In this document: positions 29,229-38,821 of the stretch, in pieces
Numbering within the stretch: the first letter of the stretch is position 1
Layout of the letters: each line of letters opens with the position of its first letter
Assembly: GCA_945872365.1 (NCBI GenBank)
Contig: CAMBZJ010000014.1
Location: 6,370-70,369, forward strand
Source of the DNA: Klebsiella pneumoniae
GTDB lineage: Bacteria; Desulfobacterota; Binatia; UBA12015
Reading direction: 5' to 3'
Length of the DNA stretch: 64,000 nucleotides
Notes under the pieces: model-generated
Databases searched by the model: none
What the model was told of the DNA's origin: nothing
Seen by the model: only the letters and a program-made list of their open reading frames with translations
Translations under genes and position numbers: made by a program

Positions 29229-30197
29229 CTAGCGCAACGTGAGCAGGAAGGTGGTCAACTGCTCCACCTCCGCGTCCAGGAGTTTCATCGCCGGCATGAG
29301 CACTCCCGGCTTGATCGCGTGGGGGTCGACGATCCATCCGCGCAGCTTCTCGCGGGTGTTCGGAGCGGCGCCTGCGGCGATCGTCTCGCGCGACATGAGA
29401 TGCGTCAGGTCGGGGCCGAAGGTGCCGTGGGCACCGGTTCCGCCGAGCGCGTGGCAGTTTACGCAGGAGGTCGATTCGAAGATCGCCCGCCCGGCCGCGA
29501 CCGCCGGGTCGCGCGCCTCGGGCTGCTTCTGCGCCGCCACCCAGGCCGCGAAATCTCCGGGCGTATCGACGACCACGCGCAGCAGCATGTTCGCATGCTG
29601 GGTGCCGCAGAATTCGGCGCACTGCCCGAGGAAGGTTCCGGTCTCCGTCGGCTCGACCCAGGTGTGGTTCGACCGGGCGGGGATCACGTCGGTCTTGCCT
29701 GCCAATTGCGGCACCCAGAAGCTGTGGACCACGTCGGCCGATTCCAGCGTGAGGAAGGTCGGCCGCCGTTCGGCGGCGTCGCTCACCGGAACGTGCATTT
29801 CGTTTGCGGTCACGATTCCGAGTTCGGGATAGCGGATCTCCCACCACCACTGGTGGCCGACGACGGTCGCCTGGAGTGACCCGGGGGGCGGCACCATCGC
29901 CTGCACGTCGTAGATCGTGCGCGCGGTCGCGAGGAAGAGCACGAGCACGATGAGCGCGGGGACGAGCGTCCAGGCTAGCTCGATCTGGTTGCTGCCGTAG
30001 ATCTGAGGCGGCTCGCGGTCGTCGCCGGGGCGGGCGCGGAAGCGGACCACGCACCAGAACAGGATTGCCGCAACCGCGAGAAGGATGCCGGCACTGATCC
30101 CGATGACCAGCCAGGAGAGATCGCGGATCGCCTCGGCCGGTGCCGAGACCGGCGAGAAGATCCCCGGGATCGGGTGCAGGGGCGCGCCGGAGTTCAA
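29229..30197 (-). CDS. ctaC: Cytochrome c oxidase subunit II with fused cytochrome c (caa3-type)
   Basis: Two TMs, GHQWWW, CuA ligands DVVHSFW and CAEFCGTQHANM, heme c CVNCH...LMP. Confidence 0.95.
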   Translation of the reverse strand: MNSGAPLHPIPGIFSPVSAPAEAIRDLSWLVIGISAGILLAVAAILFWCVVRFRARPGDDREPPQIYGSNQIELAWTLVPALIVLVLFLATARTIYDVQAMVPPPGSLQATVVGHQWWWEIRYPELGIVTANEMHVPVSDAAERRPTFLTLESADVVHSFWVPQLAGKTDVIPARSNHTWVEPTETGTFLGQCAEFCGTQHANMLLRVVVDTPGDFAAWVAAQKQPEARDPAVAAGRAIFESTSCVNCHALGGTGAHGTFGPDLTHLMSRETIAAGAAPNTREKLRGWIVDPHAIKPGVLMPAMKLLDAEVEQLTTFLLTLR

Positions 30198-30248
30198 GAT
30201 GCCTGCTTCCCCATGGGCCCTCCGGCCGTCGCTCGACGACCGAACTTG

Positions 30249-30278
30249 GGTCTAACCCCGCTCGCGCGGGCAAGTCAA
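30249..30278 (-). promoter_or_regulatory. Candidate sigma70-type promoter of the respiratory operon
   Basis: Minus strand TTGACT-N18-TAGACC about 50 bp upstream of the subunit II start; the -10 is imperfect. Confidence 0.35.
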
Positions 30279-30351
30279 AAGGCCACCGGCACCCGGCGTC
30301 GTCACGCCTCGCCGTCCGCCGGCGCACCGGTTCGCGGAGCGCCGGCCGGGC

Positions 30352-31044
30352 TCAGGGCGGTGGCGGGATCTCGGCGAAAGCCTCGACCCAGCGAGCGCCC
30401 GGCATGTAGATGGTGCGCGCCGCACCCAGCCCGCGGACGACCCGGAGGTAGTCGTTGTAGGCGAGCTGGCTCGCGTAGCGGGCGATCGCGCGCTCCTTGC
30501 GCTCCCAGACGGCGCTCACGTCGAGCACGTGCGTCGCGTGCACGGGAACCCACACGTCGTAGGCGAAGCCGCGCGGCCGCCCGGGTCCCCAGGCGGCGAG
30601 CACCTCCTCCACGACCCGCCCGAGTGCATGGTGGTCGGGATGTACGTCGAGGCGCGGCGGGGCGTAGACGATCTCGGCGCGACTGCGCTCGATCGCCGTG
30701 CGGACCGCCGCGTGCAATTCGCCGCCGCCACGCTCGAGGATCCCGCGCAGGTCGCCGTCGGGGAATTCCCAGAAGACCGGTGGCGATGCGCCCAGGTCGC
30801 CGGCCGCCGTGCGGGCCTCGGCGCGGCGGAGTTCGCGGTAGTCGACGTCGGCGAAGCGCCCCTCGGGGTCGCCGAGTGCGCCGTCGGTCGCGATTGCGAT
30901 CGACACCGGATCGCCCTGCGCGAGGTGGAGGGCGATCGCGCCACCGCAGCCGATCGTCTCGTCGTCGGGATGCGGCGCGAGCACCAGAACGCGACCGCCC
31001 TCGGGCGTCGCGCGCGGTTCGGGAAGGGGAACGGGACCGGGCAT
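30352..31044 (-). CDS. PIG-L/LmbE family deacetylase
   Basis: APHPDDETIGCGG, RRAEA, HPDH, YASQL. Confidence 0.92.
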   Translation of the reverse strand: MPGPVPLPEPRATPEGGRVLVLAPHPDDETIGCGGAIALHLAQGDPVSIAIATDGALGDPEGRFADVDYRELRRAEARTAAGDLGASPPVFWEFPDGDLRGILERGGGELHAAVRTAIERSRAEIVYAPPRLDVHPDHHALGRVVEEVLAAWGPGRPRGFAYDVWVPVHATHVLDVSAVWERKERAIARYASQLAYNDYLRVVRGLGAARTIYMPGARWVEAFAEIPPPP

Positions 31045-31092
31045 GCATCCTCTCTCGTCGGTTCGTTTCGGGGCCGCCCTCGCGCCGGCCGC

Positions 31093-32190
31093 TCAGAAGA
31101 TGTCGGTGTCGCCCATCGTGTAGTGCCACGCGCGGCGCACCGCCGCATTCGGACCTCGGGTCTCGCCGTCCTCCCATAGGCTGGTGAGAAACGGGCTCAC
31201 GCCGGTGGCGAAGCCGCGTCGGGCGAGGATCTCGCGGTCCGGCGAGGTCGCCGGCAGCCAGGCGCGCAGCACCGGGAGGCCCGACTCGCGGGCGATGGCG
31301 CGGGCCCGGTCGAGGAGCGCCCGCCAGGCGGCGTTGGCCGTCGAAGATGGCGGGACGACCCAGTCGACGACGGCCGCGAGCGAGTCGTGCGGCCAGCCCG
31401 GACGCAGCACGAGCAGCCCGAGCGGGCGCCGCGTCGCGCGGTGGCGTGCGAGCAGCAGTGCGTAATCGACGTCGGGACAGTCGGCGTAGCGCCAGCCGAG
31501 GTAGCGCGCGTCTCGCTCGACGGCGACCGGGTAACGCACGCGCGCACGCGCCCACAGCCCATCGACCTCCGCCGGAAAACGCTCGACCCGCTCGACGGCG
31601 ACCAGCGCGTCGTGGAGGCGTGCCGCCAACGAGCGCGACGCATGACACGCACCTCCCGTGCCCGCCTGCGCGGTCGAGGAAAGCGACCAGGTCTCGACCG
31701 GGGCGACCGCCTGCATATCGTAGAGACCGCGCTGGATCCGGTGGATCTCCTCGAGGTTGAAGCCATACCAGGTGGTGCCGGGTGCGGTTGCGACGAAGCG
31801 GCGGTGGAACGCGCGCGCCATCGTGGCGTAGGCGCCGCGGCGGTGCAGCGCCGGATCGACCATGTGGTCGAGAAGCTGCGAGAGCATCGCGTCGCGCCCC
31901 TCGATCCGGGCGCGGTTGGGCAGTGCGGCGAACTGTCCGGCGATGCGACCGTCGCGGTCGACCGCGACCAGCACCTCGCGGCCGGCCGGGTTGTCGAGGA
32001 ACTTCCAGCGCCAGTGCTCGACCGAGCGTTCGACGCCGAACACCCGGCGAAAGAGGTCGAGGATTCCGGTCTCGTCGCCGGGGCGCCATTCGCGCACCGT
32101 CACGACGGCCGTATCGTCTCCGTGGGTCGCGATGCTCAAGGCCTGTCCTCGGCCGCGGCGCTCCGCGACCGGTGGACCGTCGCGCCGCAC
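31093..32190 (-). CDS. GNAT family N-acetyltransferase (tandem GNAT, polysaccharide-locus type)
   Basis: WRWKFLDNPAG, DHMVDPALHRRG, YGFN, RDARYLGWRY, C-terminal GDTDIF. Start uncertain (TTG 32139 possible). Confidence 0.75.
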   Translation of the reverse strand: MRRDGPPVAERRGRGQALSIATHGDDTAVVTVREWRPGDETGILDLFRRVFGVERSVEHWRWKFLDNPAGREVLVAVDRDGRIAGQFAALPNRARIEGRDAMLSQLLDHMVDPALHRRGAYATMARAFHRRFVATAPGTTWYGFNLEEIHRIQRGLYDMQAVAPVETWSLSSTAQAGTGGACHASRSLAARLHDALVAVERVERFPAEVDGLWARARVRYPVAVERDARYLGWRYADCPDVDYALLLARHRATRRPLGLLVLRPGWPHDSLAAVVDWVVPPSSTANAAWRALLDRARAIARESGLPVLRAWLPATSPDREILARRGFATGVSPFLTSLWEDGETRGPNAAVRRAWHYTMGDTDIF

Positions 32191-32200
32191 CCGGTTCGAG

Positions 32201-34429
32201 TCAAGAAGGGCCGGCCGCGGCGGCGTCGGGCGCCCGAGCCCGCTCCCGATTTCGTCGCGGTCGCCACCACCGGGCCGCGGCGGCGGCGAGCGCGACGCTC
32301 GCCCAGCCGAGCGAGAAGGCGACGACCCCCGTCCGCAGGCCGGGGGCGGCGTAGCGGAATTCCACCCGATGCCGGCCCGGCGGGACGACCACGCCGCGCC
32401 CGAGGTGATTCGCGGCGAGCACGGCGGCGGCCCGTCCGTCGATCGTTGCCGTCCATCCGGGTGCGAAGGGATCGGTCAGGACGACGACCGCCGGGTGCTC
32501 GCTGCTCGCCTCGACCACGACGTGCTCGGGGGCGTCGAGTGCGATCCGTGCAGCACGCATCGTTCCCGGCGGCCCGTCGACCAGTCCGGCCCGCTCGGGG
32601 CCGCTCGCCTCGCCGACGAGGACGACCTCGTCGCGCGCCGGGAAATCCAGGGTGCGCACGACCTCGAGCGCTGCGTCGTCGTCAGCCACGAAGCGCGCCC
32701 GCTCGACCAGGTACGCGCGCGGGAAGGCTCCCGGATTGCTCCAGAGAGTCCACCGTCCCCGGGTCCCGAGCGCACGGAAGGGCGGCTCGCGCACCGGCAT
32801 GGAGGCCGTCGCGCGCAGCAGGAGCGTGCGGACCGACGCCATGTCGAGCATCCCGGGTTGTGCGATCGGCTGGGTCATCGGGATCGATCCGGCGAACATG
32901 TCCGGGTCCTCGGGTTTCGGTGTCGGCTCGCCGACGAGTCCGTGGAGGTAGCCCGCGAGCCGACGCGAGGAGAGCGGATTGTAGTCCTGCAGGGCCCGGA
33001 CGCCGTTCATGCCCGCTTGTTTCACGGCGATGCCGTCTTCGGAACCGCTGCCCGTGAGCAGCGTCCGGCCGCCGGCGCTCTGCCGGGCGACGATCGAGAA
33101 GAGTCGCGGCGGCCCCGCGAGGCGATTGCGGGGCATCGTCCACGGCAGGGCCGAGGAGAGCCGCACGGGTCCGAGCAGGCTCGCGGCGATCGCGGCTGCG
33201 CCGACGAGCGCGAGGCCGCGCTCGACCGGGCCCCCGCGCGCGAGCCGGTCGGCCCCGAGGGCCGTCGCGATCGCCGCGAAGAAGCCAACCAGGAAAACGA
33301 GCCGCTCCGGCTGTCGGAAACTCGAGAACCCGGGCAGCACGTGGAAGAGCGCGTAGGCGGGAAAGCCCCGCCCGAGGCACATCGCCATCGTCGTCGCGGT
33401 CGCGACGAGGAGGACCGTGCCGAACCATCCCGTCGACAGGCAGCCGACGAGTCCGAGCAGCACGACGGGCAGCGATACGATGATCGGCGAGGCCGACCCC
33501 CAGGGCGGGAACATCGCGGCGAGGATGTAGTCGGGCAGCGGCCAGAGGTCGAGTTGGTCGTCGGTCAGCGGAATCCCGCTGCGCACGCTCTGCGCCCTCC
33601 AGGCGAGCGTGGGCAGCGCCTGCGGTGCCGCCGTGGCGGCGGCGAGGAGGCCGGCGAGGGCGAGTCGCAGGAGGCCGTCGGGTCGGAGCAGGCAGCCGCG
33701 ACGTGATGGATCGGCGAGGAGCGCGAGGTAGAGCACGGCCAATCCGTAGACCGCGTAGAGCGCGTGCTGGTAGCAGCCGGCGAGCACCACCAGGCCGACG
33801 GAAGCCCCGAGCGCGATCGACCATCGCCACGCCCCGGTCTCGGCCATCCGGACGAGCGCCAGTCCCGCGACGGGGAGCCAGGCGCCGCCCTCGAGGAACG
33901 ACGACCAGTAGACCTGGGGCAGGGCGTAGATGCCCATGTAAACGATGCCGGCCAGAAGCGAAGCCGCACGGCCGACGCGCAGCGCCCGGGCCAGCGCGAA
34001 CGTCGCGACGAAGGAGGCGAGCAGGTGTGCGACGGTGGACACGTGCATCGCGGTCGCGGGCTCGAGCGCGATCAGCAGCAGGCGCGCCGGATAGAGCGTG
34101 CCCGGGAGGAGCGTCGCGAGAAAGGGCTGGCCCTGCCAGGGATTCCAGAGCGCGAGTTGCCCGGCGCGCATGCGCGTCGCGAGGTACGCGTAGTCGGGAA
34201 GGAACTGGAACGGCAGGTCGCTGCCGGCGAAGTCGACGACGTCATGGACGCGCCCGTTCACGCCGAGGAACCAGTAGAGGAGCAGCGCCAGCGCGGCGCC
34301 GGCGAGGCAGAGGACGTCGCGCCCGGACTCCGAGAGGCCGGAGGCCGCCCCGACGGCGGCCCGGTCGGTGCGCTCGCGCCGATCGCCCCCGCCGTGGGAG
34401 CCGACCGCGGGTTGGTCCTCGCCGTCCAC
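32201..34429 (-). CDS. YfhO family membrane glycosyltransferase
   Basis: SD..FQFLP, LWNP..G.P, YP, FR.PER; C-terminal PGWTATIDG...GRHRVEFRY plus TM. Confidence 0.82.
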   Translation of the reverse strand: MDGEDQPAVGSHGGGDRRERTDRAAVGAASGLSESGRDVLCLAGAALALLLYWFLGVNGRVHDVVDFAGSDLPFQFLPDYAYLATRMRAGQLALWNPWQGQPFLATLLPGTLYPARLLLIALEPATAMHVSTVAHLLASFVATFALARALRVGRAASLLAGIVYMGIYALPQVYWSSFLEGGAWLPVAGLALVRMAETGAWRWSIALGASVGLVVLAGCYQHALYAVYGLAVLYLALLADPSRRGCLLRPDGLLRLALAGLLAAATAAPQALPTLAWRAQSVRSGIPLTDDQLDLWPLPDYILAAMFPPWGSASPIIVSLPVVLLGLVGCLSTGWFGTVLLVATATTMAMCLGRGFPAYALFHVLPGFSSFRQPERLVFLVGFFAAIATALGADRLARGGPVERGLALVGAAAIAASLLGPVRLSSALPWTMPRNRLAGPPRLFSIVARQSAGGRTLLTGSGSEDGIAVKQAGMNGVRALQDYNPLSSRRLAGYLHGLVGEPTPKPEDPDMFAGSIPMTQPIAQPGMLDMASVRTLLLRATASMPVREPPFRALGTRGRWTLWSNPGAFPRAYLVERARFVADDDAALEVVRTLDFPARDEVVLVGEASGPERAGLVDGPPGTMRAARIALDAPEHVVVEASSEHPAVVVLTDPFAPGWTATIDGRAAAVLAANHLGRGVVVPPGRHRVEFRYAAPGLRTGVVAFSLGWASVALAAAAARWWRPRRNRERARAPDAAAAGPS

Positions 34430-34545
34430 CTGACGCCAGAAGACCGCTTTCGCGCGGGGAGGTCAACGTGTGCCCTCGATGGATCCAGCGGCTGTCCGGT
34501 CGACCGTTTGCGACGCGCGCGGTGCCGCGGATAGGAATCGCGCCG

Positions 34546-35724
34546 ATGGATCTCGCCTTCTCCACCCCCGCGGAAGAATTCCGCACCGAGTTGCGCGGCT
34601 GGCTCGCCGAACACGCGCCGCGCGGCTACGGCACCGACGAATTCCCGGACTTCGCGACGCTCGAGGAGGAGTTCGCCTTCCTGCGCGACTGGCAACGCGA
34701 ACTCGCGTCGGGGCGCTGGGTGGGCGTGCACTGGCCCGAGCAGTACGGAGGGCGCGGCGCCGGTCCGGAGGAGAATTACGTCTTCCAAGAGGAGATGGCG
34801 CTGGCGCGTGCGCCGGAGGTGATCAACCGGATCGGCGTCAACCTGGTCGGCCCGTCGCTCATGCGGCACGGCACCGGGGAGCAGAAGCGCCGTTGGCTCG
34901 CCCGCATCCTGACCGGCCAGGACATCTGGTGCCAGTTGTTCTCGGAGCCGGGGGCGGGCTCCGACCTGACGGCGCTGCGCACGCGGGCCGTGCTCGACGG
35001 CGATCACTGGGTGGTCACTGGGCAGAAGGTCTGGACGAGTTGGGCGCAGTTCGCCGACTGGGGCATCCTGATCGCGCGCACCGACCCCGGTCGCCCCGGC
35101 GCGCGCGGTATCTCTTACATGGTCGTCGACATGCATGCGCCCGGCGTGAGCGTGCGCCCGCTGCGCCAGATGACCGGCACCTCCGAGTTCAACGAGGTCT
35201 TCCTGGAGGATGTCCGCGTGCCGCGCGACCAGTTGGTCGGCGAGGTGAACCGCGGCTGGGAGATTGCGCAGACGACGCTCGCCCACGAGCGCGGCACCTC
35301 GCCGCGGCAACTCGTGATCCACCGCATGCTGCTCGACGACCTGCGACGGCTCGCGCGCTCCGTTGCACCCGGCGACCCGGCTTGCGCCGACCTGCGCCAG
35401 CGCGTCGCGCAGGCTGCGATCGAGGTGGAGGTCGCGAAGCTCAACAACTGGCGCACGCTCACGCGGCTCGCGCGCGGCGAGCCGCTCGGCCCGGAGAGTT
35501 CCTTCGTGAAGCTCTACTGGAGCGAGATGAGCCAGCGCATGCACGACACGGTCATGCAGGCCATGGGCCAGGCCGCCATCCTCGACGGCGGACCCCGCTC
35601 GGTCGGTCGCGGCCGCCTGATGCGGTCCTGGCTCTACTACCGGGCCGCCTCGATCTTCGCGGGAACGAGCGAGGTGCAGCGCAATATCATCGCGCAGCGC
35701 GTCCTGGGCCTGCCCCGTGGCTGA
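34546..35724 (+). CDS. Acyl-CoA dehydrogenase
   Basis: WCQLFSEPGAGSDL, GQKVWTS, FNEVFLEDV, TLAHERG, IFAGTSEVQRNII. Confidence 0.93.
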   Translation: MDLAFSTPAEEFRTELRGWLAEHAPRGYGTDEFPDFATLEEEFAFLRDWQRELASGRWVGVHWPEQYGGRGAGPEENYVFQEEMALARAPEVINRIGVNLVGPSLMRHGTGEQKRRWLARILTGQDIWCQLFSEPGAGSDLTALRTRAVLDGDHWVVTGQKVWTSWAQFADWGILIARTDPGRPGARGISYMVVDMHAPGVSVRPLRQMTGTSEFNEVFLEDVRVPRDQLVGEVNRGWEIAQTTLAHERGTSPRQLVIHRMLLDDLRRLARSVAPGDPACADLRQRVAQAAIEVEVAKLNNWRTLTRLARGEPLGPESSFVKLYWSEMSQRMHDTVMQAMGQAAILDGGPRSVGRGRLMRSWLYYRAASIFAGTSEVQRNIIAQRVLGLPRG

Positions 35725-37033
35725 ACGCGACGCCGGCACCGGCGGGGCGTCGGCCGCCACCCCGGTGGCGGGGCCGGGTGCCGGGACGGCGCCGTCCGGC
35801 GGCCCGCTCGTCGGGCTGCGCATCCTCGATCTCGGCACGCGCATCGGCGCACCCTTCGCCGCGACGCTGCTCGCCGACTTCGGCGCCGAGGTGATCAAGC
35901 TCGAGCAGCCGGGCGTCGGCGACTTCATGCGCAACATCGGCCCCTTCGAGGACGGCTACTCGCTGTGGTGGGCGGTCGAGGGGCGCAACAAGAAGTCGGT
36001 GACCTGCGACCTGCGCAAGCCCGAGGGCCGGGATTTGCTGAAGCGACTGGTCGTCCACGCCGACGCGCTGGTCGAGAACTTCCAGCCGGGCACGCTCGAG
36101 GACTGGGGCATCGGCCCCGAGGTGCTGCGCACGATCAACCCGCGGCTCGTCGTCTCGCGGGTGAGCGTCTACGGGCAGACCGGGCCCTACCGGTCGCGTC
36201 CGGGCCTCGATCGGAACGGTATCGCGATGGGCGGGTTGCTGCACGTGACCGGCTACAAGGACCGTCCACCGGTCCGCCCCGGCATCATCGTGTCCGACTA
36301 CCTGACGGCGACCTTCAACGCGCTCTCGCTCATGATGGCGCTCTGGGAGCGCGACCGCACCGCCGGCAGCGGGGTCGCCGCGCCCGCGCCGGCCCCGCCG
36401 GCGCAGGGCCGCCCCGGGCAGGAGATCGACCTCGCTCTCTACGGCTCGATCCTGCGCATCATGGAGCACACGGTCGCCGCCTTCGACCGGGTCGGCACCG
36501 TACGCGGTCGCGAGGGCAACCGACTCGCAAACTCGGCGCCGCTCGACAACTGGGAGACCCGCGACGGCCAGTTCGTCGCGATCGTCGCGGCGGGCGACGG
36601 GCTCTTCCCGCGGCTCGCACGGCTCCTCGGTCGCGAGGAGCTCGCGTCCGACGAGCGCTTCGCGACGCTCGCCGCCCGCGTCGCGCATGCCGACGAGATC
36701 AACGGCATCGTCGCCGACTGGTGCCGCGCCCGCGACGCGGCGGAAATCGAGCGCCTGTGCCTCACCGCCGACGTCCCCTTCGCGCGCACCTACACCGTCG
36801 CCGACATCTGCGCCGACCCGCAGGTCGCGGCGCGCGGCGATCTCGCGACGGTGGACGACCCGGTCATCGGACCCGTCCGCATGCAGGGAGTCTACCCGCG
36901 GATGTCGCGGACGCCCGGCTCGATCCGCAGCGGCGCCCCGCGCCTAGGCGAGCACAACGACGAGGTCTATCGCGGCCTGCTCGGGCTCGACGACGCGCAC
37001 CTGGAGCGCCTGCGCGCGGCACGCGCGATCTGA
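35717..37033 (+). CDS. Family III CoA-transferase (CaiB/BaiF)
   Basis: LADFGAEVIKLE, RNKKS, ENFQPG, YGQTGPY, catalytic Asp in VSDYL, APRLGEH; overlaps the ACAD stop. Confidence 0.93.
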   Translation: MAERDAGTGGASAATPVAGPGAGTAPSGGPLVGLRILDLGTRIGAPFAATLLADFGAEVIKLEQPGVGDFMRNIGPFEDGYSLWWAVEGRNKKSVTCDLRKPEGRDLLKRLVVHADALVENFQPGTLEDWGIGPEVLRTINPRLVVSRVSVYGQTGPYRSRPGLDRNGIAMGGLLHVTGYKDRPPVRPGIIVSDYLTATFNALSLMMALWERDRTAGSGVAAPAPAPPAQGRPGQEIDLALYGSILRIMEHTVAAFDRVGTVRGREGNRLANSAPLDNWETRDGQFVAIVAAGDGLFPRLARLLGREELASDERFATLAARVAHADEINGIVADWCRARDAAEIERLCLTADVPFARTYTVADICADPQVAARGDLATVDDPVIGPVRMQGVYPRMSRTPGSIRSGAPRLGEHNDEVYRGLLGLDDAHLERLRAARAI

Positions 37034-37061
37034 GCCGCTCGCCGCCCCGCGCGGGATGCCC

Positions 37062-37430
37062 TCACGCCATCTGCGCGGTGAACTGCTGCATGTCCCAGTA
37101 GTCGCGCCACGCGGCGATGCGGCCGTCGGGTGCCAGGTCGAACGCTCCCATGACCGGCAGTACGATCCGTTTGTCTCCGATCGTCAGTGTGTCCATCCGC
37201 TCGGTGAGGACCGTGCGCCCGGTCGTCGCAATCGCCAGGATCTCGAAGCGGGTCTCCGCGCCCGGCGAGAGGAAGCCCTCCAGCGTCGCGCGGATCGCCT
37301 CACGGCCGACGACCGGGGCCATCGGTATGTTGTGATAGACGGCGTCGTCGGTGAAGCGCGCGAGCAGGGGTTCGACCTCGCCGCCTTCGACCGCCTTGCA
37401 GAAATCGCGCACGGACTGCTCGGGTGTCAT
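37062..37430 (-). CDS. Limonene-1,2-epoxide hydrolase family protein
   Basis: YHNIP, TERMD, PVMG.F, WRDYWD supply the LEH catalytic set (Tyr, Asn, Arg, Asp, Asp). Confidence 0.88.
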   Translation of the reverse strand: MTPEQSVRDFCKAVEGGEVEPLLARFTDDAVYHNIPMAPVVGREAIRATLEGFLSPGAETRFEILAIATTGRTVLTERMDTLTIGDKRIVLPVMGAFDLAPDGRIAAWRDYWDMQQFTAQMA

Positions 37431-37536
37431 GCGGCCGACGATAGCGACGGCGCCGGCGCGGGGAAAGCGGGCCCCGCCGCGGCGCGAAGTGCGGCGAGCC
37501 GTTGCTTTCGGGCCGGCGACGGGCGACGGATGTGCC

Positions 37537-38718
37537 GTGGATCCTGATCGCCCCCCGTCGCCCTTCTCGCCCGGACGCCTCGGACCGATCGAGTTGCGCA
37601 ACCGCATCGTCAAGTGCGGCACGAACGAGGGCCTGTCCGAAGGCGGACTCGTCACCGATCGCCTGGTCGACTGGCATCGCGAATTCGCGGCCGGCGGGGT
37701 CGGCATGACGACCCTTGCCTATTGCTCGGTCGCGGCCGACGGCCGCACCTTCCGCGACCAGGTCTGGATGCGAGAGGAGGCGCTGCCCGGTCTCGCCCGC
37801 TTCGCCGACGCGATGCATGCGGAGGGCGCGCGCGCCGCGATCCAGCTCGGGCACGCGGGCTGGTTCGCGACGCCGCACGCGATCGGCGGTCGTCCGCTCG
37901 GGCCGTCGCGAACGTTCAGCCCGCATGCACAGCGATTCTCCCGCGCGATGACCGAAAGCGACGTCGAGCGACTGGTCGGCGATTTCGGCCGCGCCGCCGC
38001 GCTTGCGGTGCGCGCCGGCTTCGACGCGATCGAGGTGCACGCGGGACACGGCTACCTGCTGAGCCAGTTCCTGTGCCCCTGGAACAACCGCCGCGACGAT
38101 CGATTCGGCGGCTCGCTCGAGAACCGGGCGCGCTTCCCGCGCGAGGTGCTGCGCGCGGTGCGGGACGCCGCCGGGCCGCATGCCGCAGTCTACGCCAAGT
38201 TCAATATGGACGACGGCTTCCGCGGCGGACTCTCCTGCGAGGACGCGATCGAGGTGGCGCGCTGGATCGAGGCCGACGGCTCGGTCGACGCCCTGCAGTT
38301 GACCGGCGGCCACACGACGCGGACGCCGTTCTTCCTCATGCGTGGCCAGGTTCCGCTCGCCGAGATGGCGCGCAACCAGACGAGCCTCGTGCGCCGTCTC
38401 GCGTTCCACTGGTTCGGGCGCCGCATCATCCGCGCGTACCGCTTCGAGGAAGCCTTTTTCCTGCCGCTCGCGCGGCGCTTCCGCGCGGCCCTGCGCCTGC
38501 CGCTCATGCTGCTCGGCGGCGTCACCCGGCTCGACACGATGGAGTCGGCGCTCGCCGAGGGGTTCGACTTCCTTGCCCTCGGCCGTGGCCTGATCCGCGA
38601 CCCCGACCTGGTGCGGCGGCTCGAGGGCGGTATCGCGACCGCGTCGCGCTGCGTGCCGTGCAACCGCTGTGTGGTCGAGATGGACCGCGGTGGGACGCGC
38701 TGCCCGATGCGGACCTGA
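37537..38718 (+). CDS. NADH:flavin oxidoreductase (old yellow enzyme family)
   Basis: LRNRI, QLGHAG, GFDAIEVHAGHGYLLSQFL, N.R.D.FGGSLENRARF, C-terminal CVPCNRC. Confidence 0.9.
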   Translation: MDPDRPPSPFSPGRLGPIELRNRIVKCGTNEGLSEGGLVTDRLVDWHREFAAGGVGMTTLAYCSVAADGRTFRDQVWMREEALPGLARFADAMHAEGARAAIQLGHAGWFATPHAIGGRPLGPSRTFSPHAQRFSRAMTESDVERLVGDFGRAAALAVRAGFDAIEVHAGHGYLLSQFLCPWNNRRDDRFGGSLENRARFPREVLRAVRDAAGPHAAVYAKFNMDDGFRGGLSCEDAIEVARWIEADGSVDALQLTGGHTTRTPFFLMRGQVPLAEMARNQTSLVRRLAFHWFGRRIIRAYRFEEAFFLPLARRFRAALRLPLMLLGGVTRLDTMESALAEGFDFLALGRGLIRDPDLVRRLEGGIATASRCVPCNRCVVEMDRGGTRCPMRT

Positions 38719-38821
38719 GGCGCGGGCATCCTCCCGGCGCGGGCTCCCGCTATCGGGCCGTGTGCGGGTCGTGCTACGGCTGGCGTGCGGCGGCGAGGTG
38801 CGGCCCGTCCGCACTGCCACC

